Positions 1-9,625 of a stretch of 64,000 bases of DNA are shown here, one piece after another. Both the position numbers and the translations under genes were made by a program. How positions within the stretch are numbered: the first letter of the stretch is position 1; each line of letters opens with the position of its first letter. The stretch is from Candidatus Moraniibacteriota bacterium (GTDB lineage: Bacteria; Patescibacteriota; Minisyncoccia; Moranbacterales; UBA2206): positions 7,502 to 71,501 of the forward strand of contig JAUSNP010000001.1 of assembly GCA_030645735.1 (NCBI GenBank). Direction: 5' to 3'. A model generated the notes under the pieces. It was not told where the DNA came from, did no database searches, and saw only the letters and a program-made list of their open reading frames with translations.

Positions 1-2
1 AA

Positions 3-3000
3 GTTGAGACCCCAATTGTGGAAACTGAAGTGGTTGTCCAAAAAGCAGAGTCTGTTACGGAAGCTCCAATTGTGGAAGAGACCCCTGCTGTAGTCGAAGA
101 TGTGACTGCGTCTATTGAAGAAAATTCAACGAACACTGTTTCAGAAGAGCAACCAGCATCAGTTGTGGAAACAGAAGTAATCGACGATACAGCAACTTCA
201 GAAGTTGCTCCTGTTAGCCCAGTTGTTGTGTCAGAAGCGCCAAAAGAAATTTGGGCAAAAGATGGCGACAAGGCCGTGACCAAAGAAAATGTTGAACTTG
301 GGAAAACATATGTAGCGCCACAAAATAAAGATGTGACCGTGACTTTCACCAAGCTTCCAGAAACTTCTGGCAAACTTTCGATTGAAGAAATAACTTTGAC
401 CAATGAGCAAGTTGCAACTCTTGGCGCACTTTCCAACAAAGCCTATGACATAACTTCAACTATGGAGAATGGAACCTTTGAATATGATTTGACCATGCCA
501 AAAGTTGTAAACAAAGCATCGGGGATTTCATATATTGAAAAATCAGCAGATGAAGTTGATTCAATTAAAAAAGAAGAAATCAAGTCAATTGAAGAAAATG
601 TCACAACGACAAAAGACAATATCAAGGCCGAAGATGTTGATCATTTTACAATTTTTGTTGTAGTTGAATGGAATTTTCCTGATACTCCTGGTGATGCAGT
701 TGCAGATGGAGGAGTTGCGATGAATGCAACCGCGACCGTAACAGTACAAGGAGGATCAACAATAACAGGATATGGAGCAGTTGGTGCAACAACATACTCA
801 GCCAGGGCAAATGACTGGAACAGCGGATCTGGAATAAAATTTTGGAGAATAATGTTTGATTCTACAGGATTTAAAAATTTGAAAATTTCATCAAAACAAA
901 GAAGTTCAGCTACTGGACCAAGAGATTTTAAAATGCAATACAAAATAGGTGCGGGAGGAACATGGACGGATTTCGGTCCAAGCAGTATCACAGTAGCAGA
1001 TAATTTCTCAGGTGGAGCTGTTAGTGATATTTCGCTACCTTCAGATGCAGACAATCAACCTGATGTAAGAGTGAGATGGATCATGACTTCCAATACCGCA
1101 GTTAATGGATCACCGGTGGCAGCTGGAGGTGCTAGTAATGTAGATGACATTATTGTAACTGGAGATGATGATATGACTCCGCCGACTTTGAATCTTCCTG
1201 CAGATATAACAGCTGAAGCAACTAGTTCAAGTGGAGCTACAGTTTCTTTTTCTGCAACTGCTGATGATTTAGCTCCAGCCCATCCGATTGTAACATGCAT
1301 TTCTCCGTCAGGCTCAATATTTTCATTTGGAACAACAGTTGTAAATTGTAGCGCAACTGATGCTACAGGGAATGTTGCGAATGGATCGTTCAATATTACT
1401 ATTCAAGACACAACTGCACCGACTGTTCCGGTAAATGGTGTTCCGAACGCAACTCACATTCCAATGAATAATTTTGATTTTGATTGGGATGATTCATTTG
1501 ATGCATCGACTGTGACATATGAATATCAAGCAACAATGGATCCAACTGAAGTTGGAGGAGTTTTGACAAATGGTCTTTGGAATTCTGGAATTTTGCCAGC
1601 GTCAACAATTCACTCTGCTGGAGCACCTGACGGAACTTGGTATTGGCAAGTTCGTGCGATTGATTCGCTTGGGCAGACAAGTGCCTGGAGTTCAATTTGG
1701 GATGTTACGCTCGATACCCAAGCTCCAGTAATAACTTTGGATGGTGCCAATCCACAAATTATTGAAGGTGGGACAGGTTCAGTATATACAGAGTTGGGAG
1801 CAACCGTTAGTGACAATATTGATTCAGGGCTGACTGCGACAATTGATGCTTCAGCTGTGAACACAATGGCAGTTGGTTCATATCTAGTGACATACAATGT
1901 TTCTGATCAGGCAGGAAATGCTGCCACTCAAGTGACCAGAACAGTGAATGTTGTTGATACCACTGCACCGGTGATTAGTGGAGTGACAAATCAAACTGTT
2001 GAAATGGACAGTGTTTCAGGTGCGATTGTGACCTACGGCATTACTGCTGTGGATGCAATGGACGGACCATTGCCAGTTAATTGTGTGCCAGTTTCAGGTT
2101 CAGTTTTCTCTTATGGAACAAGTTCGGCAATTTGCAGTGCGACTGATGCTGATGGAAACAATGCAACTGCATCATTCAATGTGACAGTCGTGGACACGAC
2201 CGGGCCAATAGATGTTTCAATTGCATATTCTCCGATTGATTTTTCAAACACATCATCAGTGGATGTTACATATTCAATTGGTTCTGATTTTTCTGCTCTT
2301 AATTTGGCAACAGGAAGAATTCAAAAAAGAACTGGAGATGTTTCTGGTTCAGCCTGTGTGAATTGGGGGACTTGGACAAATCTTGTTTATGAAACAGATG
2401 GAAGTTATACAGACAGTTCTATTGCAGATGGAAAATGTTATCGCTATCGCTATGCAATCAAAGATAATGTCGGCAATCAAAGTATTAGCGTGGTGGCAGG
2501 CACAGTGAAAATTGATCAGTCTGCCCCAGTCATTAGTGGCTTTGGTGATATCGTCATTGAAGCAACAAATCCAGCCGGAGATGTGGCAAATTTCAATCCG
2601 ACAGCGGTGGACAATGTAGATGGAAGTGTGTCTGTTGTTTGCGTACCTGTTGCTGGTTCAGTTTTTGCAATCGGAACGACCACCGTGTCTTGCGAAGCTG
2701 AAGATTCTTTAGGCAATAAATCAATCGAAACATTTGTAGTCACAGTGCAAGACACAACGGCACCGACAATTGATAATGTTTCAGATATAATCGAAGAAGC
2801 TACTAGCCCAGCGGGAGCAGCGGCAACATTTGTTGAACCGATGTCTCACGATGCTGTTGATGGTGATTTGATTGCGACTTGCGATGCAGTTTCAGGCGCG
2901 ACATTCGCCTTGGGCGTAACAATTGTTACCTGCACAAAAACAGACTCAGCCGGAAACGTAGCAACTCCAGAAACATTTACCATAACAGTTCAAGATACAA

Positions 3001-5186
3001 CGGCGCCGGTCATCGCGCTCAATGGTGATAATCCGCAAACAGTCGAAAGAAAAGAGGCCTATGTCGAAGCTGGTGCAAATGTGACTGACAATTATGACAC
3101 AGCATTAGTTGTGACAATTGATGCCTCAGCTGTGGATGTGAATGTGGCGGGCACATATTCGGTATATTATGATGTTACTGATACGGCAGGAAATCCAGCT
3201 GTTCAAGTTGTACGAACAGTGAATGTGACTGATACTATTGATCCAGTGGTGACTTTTGATGACGAGACAAATCCGGCAGATGGATTGCTAACATCGAATG
3301 CCAATCAGACATTTGCAATTACCGTGGATGAAGATGTGGCAACTTGCCAATTGAATTTTGGAGCATCAACTGTGACAACAGCCACCTCTCAAATAACCTG
3401 GAATCATAGCTTCCCAGAAGACACCAATGGATCTTGGCATTTTTATTCACCAGCTGGAACAGATTATGCTTTTCCAGATCGATATGCTAACGCTGGTCCA
3501 GGAGGAAATTCATGGGTTGCGCCAGTCGTGTATGATATGAGCTCAGCCTTTGCCGGAGAGCAGATGGGTGGAACCTGGCAACTATTGATGAATGACCATG
3601 TGGGTTGGGATAGTGGCGCGATTACAAATGTAGATTTGATTTTGAATGGTCAGAATTATTCATGGAACGGTTGGGCAGGGATTTGGGATTACAGCACTAC
3701 AACTGTAGACATCCCTGTCGCCGGAGGTAGCGGTGGGCCATCGAGTGGCGTGTATGATATGACAGTTGTTCATGATGGCGATTCTGCCACAGCCTCAGTG
3801 AATCTACCTGCAATTAGTGATGGCGTGTATGAATATACGGTGACTTGCTCTGATTTGAGTGATAATGAGGGGACATCAGAAATTAGAGATATCACAATAG
3901 ACACGACTGCGCCTAGCCTTTCAGCCAAAACAACATTTGAAGGCTGGTATAATACAGACCAAACTTCGGTATTTAATTACATGGACATAAATGGAATCGC
4001 ATCGGGTGATAATCCGGAATGTATTATTTCAACGGAAGGTGTGGGACAAACGTGTTCAGTTGTTCCGAATGTTTGTGATGTTGTCGGAAATTGCAATACT
4101 GACGAGGTGGTTTCAAACGGTGCTGACATTGATAAATCCAATCCGGAAGTAAGTGCCGGGATGGACAAACAAACAAACGCAGAATTTATGCAAGACGCCA
4201 CTGCCTCAGATTCAATAAGCGGAATTGCTACATATGCATGGACACAAGAATCTGGGCCGGGGAGTGTGACATTCGGAGCTTTTGATGCAGAAGATTCTAC
4301 GGTTTCAGCTGATGTTGACGGAACCTATGTTATTAGATTGACGGTGACTGACAATGCTGGCAATTCGTCTTTTGATGAATTCACCTTGATTTGGGACACG
4401 ACAAAGCCGGTCATAACTCGCACAGGGAATGATCCAATTATCATTGAATATGCTGGAACATATACTGAGCAAGGAGCGACTTGGACTGATGTTATCGATG
4501 GCGCTGGAAACGCGACAGTCGGCGGTGACACAGTCGACACGTCAGCTCTAGGCACTTATATTGTAACCTATGATTATACTGATGTAGCTGGCAATTCAGC
4601 TGAGCAGGTTACACGCACAGTCAAGATTGTTGACACAACTGCTCCAGTAGTGACTCTAAATGGTGGTGATGTATCTTTCAGACGCGGACACACTTATCAT
4701 GAACAAGGAGCGACTTGGACAGATAATGTAGATGGCAGTGGTAATGTTGTGACCATAACTGGAACAGTTAATGAAAATAGAAGAGGTACTTATTATCTGA
4801 CCTATTCATATATTGATTCGTCAGGCAATGAGAGCTCAATAGTCAGAAAAATAGTGGTTAAAAAACAAAGCGCCAATGACAACGGTGGCGGTGATGGAGG
4901 AAACAACGCTGATGACACTCAAGGCATAGCTGGTCCATCCATAGGTGGCGGAGCTGGCGCTGATGAAGAAACAACTACTGGCGAAAATGCTGGAGAGGAA
5001 AGCATAGAGAATGCTGGCACTGAAAATGGCGGACAACCGGAAGTCAAGGGTGCGGAAAGCGGGCAGGTTTTGGGTGAAGAAATATCAGCTGAAGAAGATG
5101 GCTTCTGGAATTTCAGTTGGTGGTGGTTGTTAATATTTGTACTGGCTGGGCTTGGACTATATCGCATAACTAGGCGAAAAATATAG
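3..5186 (+). CDS. Giant cell-surface protein, 5'-truncated at window edge; repeated HYR/Ig-like (VxDTTAPxI) modules, DUF5011-like Ig domains, proprotein-convertase P-like domain, Gly/Asp/Glu-rich linker and C-terminal TM anchor (WWWLLIFVLAGLGLYRITRRKI)
   Basis: Uninterrupted 1722-aa ORF running into the window start; about 10 repeats of the DTTAP-x-I motif spaced roughly 80-100 aa apart; hydrophobic C-terminus followed by RRK. Confidence 0.7.
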   Translation, partial: VETPIVETEVVVQKAESVTEAPIVEETPAVVEDVTASIEENSTNTVSEEQPASVVETEVIDDTATSEVAPVSPVVVSEAPKEIWAKDGDKAVTKENVELGKTYVAPQNKDVTVTFTKLPETSGKLSIEEITLTNEQVATLGALSNKAYDITSTMENGTFEYDLTMPKVVNKASGISYIEKSADEVDSIKKEEIKSIEENVTTTKDNIKAEDVDHFTIFVVVEWNFPDTPGDAVADGGVAMNATATVTVQGGSTITGYGAVGATTYSARANDWNSGSGIKFWRIMFDSTGFKNLKISSKQRSSATGPRDFKMQYKIGAGGTWTDFGPSSITVADNFSGGAVSDISLPSDADNQPDVRVRWIMTSNTAVNGSPVAAGGASNVDDIIVTGDDDMTPPTLNLPADITAEATSSSGATVSFSATADDLAPAHPIVTCISPSGSIFSFGTTVVNCSATDATGNVANGSFNITIQDTTAPTVPVNGVPNATHIPMNNFDFDWDDSFDASTVTYEYQATMDPTEVGGVLTNGLWNSGILPASTIHSAGAPDGTWYWQVRAIDSLGQTSAWSSIWDVTLDTQAPVITLDGANPQIIEGGTGSVYTELGATVSDNIDSGLTATIDASAVNTMAVGSYLVTYNVSDQAGNAATQVTRTVNVVDTTAPVISGVTNQTVEMDSVSGAIVTYGITAVDAMDGPLPVNCVPVSGSVFSYGTSSAICSATDADGNNATASFNVTVVDTTGPIDVSIAYSPIDFSNTSSVDVTYSIGSDFSALNLATGRIQKRTGDVSGSACVNWGTWTNLVYETDGSYTDSSIADGKCYRYRYAIKDNVGNQSISVVAGTVKIDQSAPVISGFGDIVIEATNPAGDVANFNPTAVDNVDGSVSVVCVPVAGSVFAIGTTTVSCEAEDSLGNKSIETFVVTVQDTTAPTIDNVSDIIEEATSPAGAAATFVEPMSHDAVDGDLIATCDAVSGATFALGVTIVTCTKTDSAGNVATPETFTITVQDTTAPVIALNGDNPQTVERKEAYVEAGANVTDNYDTALVVTIDASAVDVNVAGTYSVYYDVTDTAGNPAVQVVRTVNVTDTIDPVVTFDDETNPADGLLTSNANQTFAITVDEDVATCQLNFGASTVTTATSQITWNHSFPEDTNGSWHFYSPAGTDYAFPDRYANAGPGGNSWVAPVVYDMSSAFAGEQMGGTWQLLMNDHVGWDSGAITNVDLILNGQNYSWNGWAGIWDYSTTTVDIPVAGGSGGPSSGVYDMTVVHDGDSATASVNLPAISDGVYEYTVTCSDLSDNEGTSEIRDITIDTTAPSLSAKTTFEGWYNTDQTSVFNYMDINGIASGDNPECIISTEGVGQTCSVVPNVCDVVGNCNTDEVVSNGADIDKSNPEVSAGMDKQTNAEFMQDATASDSISGIATYAWTQESGPGSVTFGAFDAEDSTVSADVDGTYVIRLTVTDNAGNSSFDEFTLIWDTTKPVITRTGNDPIIIEYAGTYTEQGATWTDVIDGAGNATVGGDTVDTSALGTYIVTYDYTDVAGNSAEQVTRTVKIVDTTAPVVTLNGGDVSFRRGHTYHEQGATWTDNVDGSGNVVTITGTVNENRRGTYYLTYSYIDSSGNESSIVRKIVVKKQSANDNGGGDGGNNADDTQGIAGPSIGGGAGADEETTTGENAGEESIENAGTENGGQPEVKGAESGQVLGEEISAEEDGFWNFSWWWLLIFVLAGLGLYRITRRKI

Positions 5187-5208
5187 TATAAATAAGCCTC
5201 AGAATAGC

Positions 5209-5238
5209 AAAAACCGGATCTTGATCCGGTTTTTTCTT
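5209..5238 (+). terminator. Rho-independent terminator (ccggatc-ttga-tccgg + TTTTTTC)
   Basis: Perfect 7-bp stem followed by a T-run just after the stop of the giant ORF. Confidence 0.7.
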
Positions 5239-5304
5239 TGGGTCGTTTCGAGGCTGATCATAGCCAAAAAATGACTTTTTGGCTTAAATAGGGCATTTTA
5301 CCAA

Positions 5305-5333
5305 TTGACAGGGTTTTGGGATTTTGCTATGAT
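5305..5333 (+). promoter_or_regulatory. Sigma70-like promoter TTGACA-17-TATGAT
   Basis: Consensus -35 with exact 17-nt spacer, upstream of the ORF at 5391. Confidence 0.5.
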
Positions 5334-5390
5334 GGATAGCGTCGTTCAAAAACCGAACACCAAAATCAAAAAGGGGACTGTAATTCTAAA

Positions 5391-6116
5391 TTGACGACAA
5401 TAAACATTATGGTTGATCCACTGCCGAGTCTCAAGCAATTGAGAGACATCTATGCAAAGATAGATACGGTCAAGAAGAATCACATCAAATTAACTATAAC
5501 TATTCTCATGCTGAGCATGGGGCTATTTTTTTACTTCGTGTCTGACAATCAGGCCTTGGCTCGCAAGAATGAAGAGCCTTTGAAAGTTGCGCCAGAAACC
5601 ATTGATCCATTGTATAAAATTGGCAAAGGCTTGCAAATGGTTGAGTGTGCCAAGAATAGTTCTTGTGCCAAAGAAATTTTGGTTCCAACTCATGTCGAAG
5701 AAGCTGATGATTCAATCTTGGCTGAAACCGTAGGAGACTCTCCAATGGCTGAGATGGTGCCAGCTTTGAAACAACGAAGCAAAGAAGTGTCAGCCTATCT
5801 AGTAGCGATTGCCAAGAAAGAAAGCGACTGGGGCAAGCATTCACCAAAGAAGGGTGGCGAAGACTGTTTCAACTATTGGGGTTATCGTGGCAAAGAAAAC
5901 ACGACCGACTCAGGCTATAGCTGTTTTGATTCGCCGAGCCATGCCGTTGAGGTAGTTGGCAACAGAATTGAGAAACTCATGGATCAGAACATCAAAACAC
6001 CAGCACAAATGGTAGTTTGGAAATGCGGAAGAGATTGTGAAGCCGCTGGCGGACAAGCCGCAGCTAACAAGTGGATTGCTGACGTGGCAAAATATTATAA
6101 TAAGTTAAATTCTTAA
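5391..6116 (+). CDS. Hypothetical membrane-anchored Cys-rich protein
   Basis: ORF with an N-terminal hydrophobic segment; no recognisable family. Confidence 0.35.
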   Translation: MTTINIMVDPLPSLKQLRDIYAKIDTVKKNHIKLTITILMLSMGLFFYFVSDNQALARKNEEPLKVAPETIDPLYKIGKGLQMVECAKNSSCAKEILVPTHVEEADDSILAETVGDSPMAEMVPALKQRSKEVSAYLVAIAKKESDWGKHSPKKGGEDCFNYWGYRGKENTTDSGYSCFDSPSHAVEVVGNRIEKLMDQNIKTPAQMVVWKCGRDCEAAGGQAAANKWIADVAKYYNKLNS

Positions 6117-6126
6117 AAACAAAAAT

Positions 6127-6474
6127 ATGGCTATACAAAATATTAATGGCAAGGAACTAAAAAAGATGTTGGATGTGAATCCAGCTGAATTGGAAATTAT
6201 TGATGTACGTGAGCAGGATGAATATGACTTGATCAAGATCAAAGGTTCGAAGCTGATTCCATTGTCTGAAATTGGACCTAGAATCAACGAAATTGATTGG
6301 AGCAAGAAAGTTGTCTTGGTTTGTCGCAGCGGATCTCGCAGTGGCTACATTGCTCAAATGCTGGCCGCGCATGGCAAAGACACGATCAACCTAGCTGGTG
6401 GCATCTATGAACTGAACTTAGACAAATGTGATTGTCTGGAAAAAGAGCCAGATTGTTGCGGAGGATACTTCTAG
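6127..6474 (+). CDS. Rhodanese-domain protein (active-site CRSGSRS loop) with C-terminal Cys cluster
   Basis: VLVCRSGSRSGYIAQML matches the rhodanese catalytic Cys loop; C-terminal CDC...CC. Confidence 0.75.
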   Translation: MAIQNINGKELKKMLDVNPAELEIIDVREQDEYDLIKIKGSKLIPLSEIGPRINEIDWSKKVVLVCRSGSRSGYIAQMLAAHGKDTINLAGGIYELNLDKCDCLEKEPDCCGGYF

Positions 6475-6510
6475 AGTCGAAAGTCCGTAAAGTTTATAAA
6501 GTCTATAAAG

Positions 6511-6538
6511 AAGCGGTTGAGGCCGCTTTTTTTTGTGG
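6511..6538 (+). terminator. Rho-independent terminator (agcgg-ttgag-gccgc + T8)
   Basis: Hairpin plus an 8-nt T-run after the rhodanese gene. Confidence 0.6.
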
Positions 6539-6583
6539 CTTTTCTAGTGTAAAATAGAGGTATAACTATTTAAATACAAAATT

Positions 6584-6856
6584 GTGAATATTGGTCCATT
6601 TGAGATTATGCTTATAGCTTCAACTATGCTTGAGTTTAATCCTTTATTTCAAGCAATTAAAATTATTAAAACTAAGGAGTCAAAGGATGTTTCTGTTTTG
6701 ACATATGCCGCAATCCTAGTTATTGGGGTTATGTGGCTTGTCTATGGTATAAAAATTGGAAGCCTACCGCTAATCATAGGAAATTCGATAAAATTATTTG
6801 CAAGTTTGTGTGTAGTTATCATTTATTTCTCATATAAAAATAAGAACAATAAATAA
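6584..6856 (+). CDS. SemiSWEET (PQ-loop/MtN3 family) sugar transporter, 3-TM, 90 aa
   Basis: Size, 3 TM segments and alignment to the SemiSWEET pattern: FNPLFQAIKIIKTKESKDVS / MWLVYGIKIGSLPLIIGNSIKLF versus FLPQVLRVVMTKQTRDIS / LWFVYGILRSDLPIILANVVTLF. Confidence 0.65.
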   Translation: MNIGPFEIMLIASTMLEFNPLFQAIKIIKTKESKDVSVLTYAAILVIGVMWLVYGIKIGSLPLIIGNSIKLFASLCVVIIYFSYKNKNNK

Positions 6857-6857
6857 T

Positions 6858-8132
6858 ATGAATAAATTTCCAGACGGGTTTTTGTGGGGAGCGGCGACTT
6901 CCGGGCATCAAGTTGAGGGCAACACCAACAATGATTGGGTTCAGTGGGAGAAGGACAATGCAGAAAGGATTGCTGGAGAAGCTGGCAAGAAGTGGGAGAA
7001 GTGGCAGCAAGAAAAATTTCCAGAAATGTTCACAGTAGAAAATTATATTTCTGGTAACGCTTGCGATCAATACAATCGATATGAGGAAGATTTTGACTTG
7101 GCGAAGGCTGGCGGTCACAATGCTCACCGATTGTCTTTGGAATGGTCAAGAATTGAACCGAAAGAAGGCGAATTTAGCGCAGAGGGAATTGAACATTATC
7201 GAAAAGTTTTGACAGCTTTACGTGAGAGGGGCTTGGAACCATTTGTAACATTGTGGCATTGGACTGATCCAATTTGGGTCGGAGAGATGGGCGCTTGGGG
7301 CAATAAAGAAACAGTTAAATATTTCCATAGATATGCTGAGCGGGTTTTCAATGAATATAAAGATTTAGTAACATTTTGGATGCCACTCAATGAACCAAAT
7401 ACCGAAGTGTCATTAGGTTATATGTTTGGCAATCAACCGCCAGGAATCAAAAGTAAACTTGCGGCCAACACCGCTTTCAAAAATTTGATGCAAGTTCAGA
7501 AAGATATCTATCAGGTTGCCAAGGCAGTCTCACCGGATTTTCAAATTGGCTGTTCGCATTTTATGTTCGATATAAAATCCCACAATCGCCTGCCATGGAA
7601 TGTTTTGGCGACTAAGATTATGGATTATTTCGCCAACTATAGATTTTTCAAAGCTTTCAATGATTCTTGTGATTTTTTTGGTATCCAATATTATCAATCA
7701 TTTCATGTCAATTTCAGAATAGGTGGAAAATTCTTTGGACTTTTTGAAAATAAAGAAGTTTCAGAAAAAAGAAGTGATTTGGGTTGGCAGATTTATCCAG
7801 AAGGAATTTATAATGTTTTGAAAAAGGCCGCTAAAAATGGCAAGCCAATTTATATAACTGAAAACGGACTGGCTGATGCAACTGATACCTATCGAGCAGA
7901 ATTTATCCAGGAGCATTTGAAATATGTGCAAAAAGCAATCGCTGATGGCGTGGATATTCGTGGTTATTTCCATTGGTCACTAATAGACAACTTTGAATTT
8001 GTAGAAATGCGTGGTTTCTGGCCACGCTTTGGCCTAATCGAAATCGACTACAAAACGTTAGAGAGAAAGCCAAGGAAGAGCTTTTATGTTTACAAAGAGA
8101 TAATTGAGAATAATGGGATAAAAGGGGAATAA
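6858..8132 (+). CDS. Glycoside hydrolase family 1 (beta-glucosidase/beta-galactosidase-like)
   Basis: N-terminal FPDGFLWGAATSGHQVEGN; acid/base LNEPN and nucleophile ITENG motifs. Confidence 0.9.
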   Translation: MNKFPDGFLWGAATSGHQVEGNTNNDWVQWEKDNAERIAGEAGKKWEKWQQEKFPEMFTVENYISGNACDQYNRYEEDFDLAKAGGHNAHRLSLEWSRIEPKEGEFSAEGIEHYRKVLTALRERGLEPFVTLWHWTDPIWVGEMGAWGNKETVKYFHRYAERVFNEYKDLVTFWMPLNEPNTEVSLGYMFGNQPPGIKSKLAANTAFKNLMQVQKDIYQVAKAVSPDFQIGCSHFMFDIKSHNRLPWNVLATKIMDYFANYRFFKAFNDSCDFFGIQYYQSFHVNFRIGGKFFGLFENKEVSEKRSDLGWQIYPEGIYNVLKKAAKNGKPIYITENGLADATDTYRAEFIQEHLKYVQKAIADGVDIRGYFHWSLIDNFEFVEMRGFWPRFGLIEIDYKTLERKPRKSFYVYKEIIENNGIKGE

Positions 8133-8240
8133 AGGGAGGAAAGGGCTAATACCTATTTCAATATTCCCTTTGCATCCCGTTACAACTTCCCTTTAATCCC
8201 ATCGAACTCACCCCTTATATATCCCATTTAATTTACAAAA
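8111..8240. repeat. G-rich GGGATAAAAGGGG array followed by an inverted C-rich partner (copy 1 of a dispersed repeat family)
   Basis: gggataaaaggggaataaagggaggaaaggg ... ccctttgcatccc...cttccctttaatccc...ccccttatatatccc; the G-rich arm encodes the last residues of GH1. Confidence 0.6.
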
Positions 8241-8243
8241 ACT

Positions 8244-8981
8244 ATGCTTAAGCCTTCGCGCCAACCCTATGGATTCAAAAATCTGTTGGCTTATAAAAAA
8301 GCCGAGGAGTTGCAAATGGGATGTTCGCTGGTCACGGCGCAGTTTCCGAAATATAAAACTTTGATTGCCCTGGCTGACCAGATGGATCGTTCGGCGCGTT
8401 CGGGCAAACAAAATATTGTTGAGGGTTGGAAAAGAAATTCGACCAAGGAGTATTATGATTTCCTAGGTTTCTCTATCGGTGCCAACACGGAATTGGAAGA
8501 AGATTGCAATGATATTTGGCGCGGAGTTTATCCAGATCTAATAGGGATAACGGGGGTAATGGGAGAAAAGGGAAAAATGGGAGGAGATGAAATGGGGGAA
8601 ATGGGTGAAGGGGGAAAAATAAAAAGGGATGAAATCAGTATAACGAGAGAAAAGGGGAATGGGGTATCCCTTTCAACCCCTTTTGACCCTTTAATCCCTT
8701 TGGATATCGAAAAAATCCCCTTTTATCCCCTTAATAAAAACTTGCCGCCCATTATCCAATTAAAACTGCGTTGCAAGGAGCTCAATTATTTGTTGAATCA
8801 ACTACAAAAATCGTTGGAAGCCAAAATGTTGCAAGAAAAAACTTTGTCGGGCGGTGACATCGCTAGAAATTATTTGCAAGCGATAGATAAAAATAAAAAA
8901 CAAGACGATATTTTTTTAGAACAATATGGATTTGTGCGTCTTGAAAACGGACAAGTTATTGCAAAAAATCAAGATGGATAA
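8244..8981 (+). CDS. Four-helix-bundle protein (23S rRNA-IVS protein family, TIGR02436-like) carrying an in-frame ~70-aa insertion derived from the G-rich/C-rich repeat
   Basis: LAYKKAEEL...ADQMDRSARSGKQNIVEGWKR...FLGFSIGANTELEED matches the family; the middle MGEKGKMGGDEMGEMGEGGK...PFDPLIPLDIEKIPFYPL is encoded by the repeat at 8540-8745. Confidence 0.7.
   Translation: MLKPSRQPYGFKNLLAYKKAEELQMGCSLVTAQFPKYKTLIALADQMDRSARSGKQNIVEGWKRNSTKEYYDFLGFSIGANTELEEDCNDIWRGVYPDLIGITGVMGEKGKMGGDEMGEMGEGGKIKRDEISITREKGNGVSLSTPFDPLIPLDIEKIPFYPLNKNLPPIIQLKLRCKELNYLLNQLQKSLEAKMLQEKTLSGGDIARNYLQAIDKNKKQDDIFLEQYGFVRLENGQVIAKNQDG
8540..8745. repeat. G-rich array plus inverted C-rich array (copy 2 of the GGGATAAAGGG family), in-frame inside the CDS
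   Basis: tagggataacgggggtaatgggagaaaagggaaaaatgggagg...ggggaatggggtatccctttcaaccccttttgaccctttaatccctttgg...tccccttttatcccc. Confidence 0.65.
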
Positions 8982-9534
8982 AAGAAAAATAAACATCAAT
9001 GGTAAAGACATTGAATATGTCTTCAAGCGAACCAAGGGCTCTAAGAGCGTGAAGTTGGCAGTTTATGCTGATGGGCGCTTTGTCGTTTCGGCGCCAAAAT
9101 GGTATCCTATGTATATAGTTAAAAAGTTTATTGAAGAAAAGTCACAGTGGATTTTTGAGCGCGTGAAGGACATTGATTTTGACCTGATTGGTCAGAAACA
9201 AAAAGCAGAAAGCGCGGATTATAAAAAATCAGTGAAGTTGGCGCGAGCCATCATTCATGCGCGATTGGAATTTTTCAACTGTCATTACAATTTTCAGTAT
9301 AATCGTGTGGCGATCAAGAATCAGAAGACCTGTTGGGGGAGTTGTAGCCAGAAAGCCAATTTGAATTTCAACTATAAGATTATCAATTTGCCGGACGAGA
9401 TGCGTGACTATGTGATTGTGCATGAGCTGTGTCATTTGCAAGAATTGAATCACAGTAAAAGATTTTGGAATCTAGTTTCGCAGACCGTGCCGAATTATCG
9501 AACTTTGCGAAGAAAATTAACAGAAATAAAATAA
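8974..9534 (+). CDS. YgjP/DUF45-family metal-dependent hydrolase (HExxH, SprT-like)
   Basis: YVIVHELCHLQELNHSKRFW motif; start chosen at MDKRK to avoid overlap with the upstream gene. Confidence 0.75.
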   Translation: MDKRKININGKDIEYVFKRTKGSKSVKLAVYADGRFVVSAPKWYPMYIVKKFIEEKSQWIFERVKDIDFDLIGQKQKAESADYKKSVKLARAIIHARLEFFNCHYNFQYNRVAIKNQKTCWGSCSQKANLNFNYKIINLPDEMRDYVIVHELCHLQELNHSKRFWNLVSQTVPNYRTLRRKLTEIK

Positions 9535-9540
9535 TAAAAA

Positions 9541-9616
9541 ATTGTCATTCCCGTGGAAACGGGAATCTAGTATCTAAGCTTTGTGACTAGATTCCGGCTC
9601 AAGGCCGGAACGACAT
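9541..9616. mobile_element. MITE-like palindromic element, copy A (TIR tgtcattcccg ... ccggaacgaca)
   Basis: About 75 bp of nested hairpins (cattcccgtggaaacgggaatc) near-identical to the copy at 12478-12560. Confidence 0.55.
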
Positions 9617-9625
9617 AAAACAAAT

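Noticed and set aside
443-5167. Ten minus-strand ORFs (60-137 aa) lying inside the giant + strand surface-protein gene
   Set aside because: Shadow ORFs antisense to a long repeat-rich gene; no independent signals
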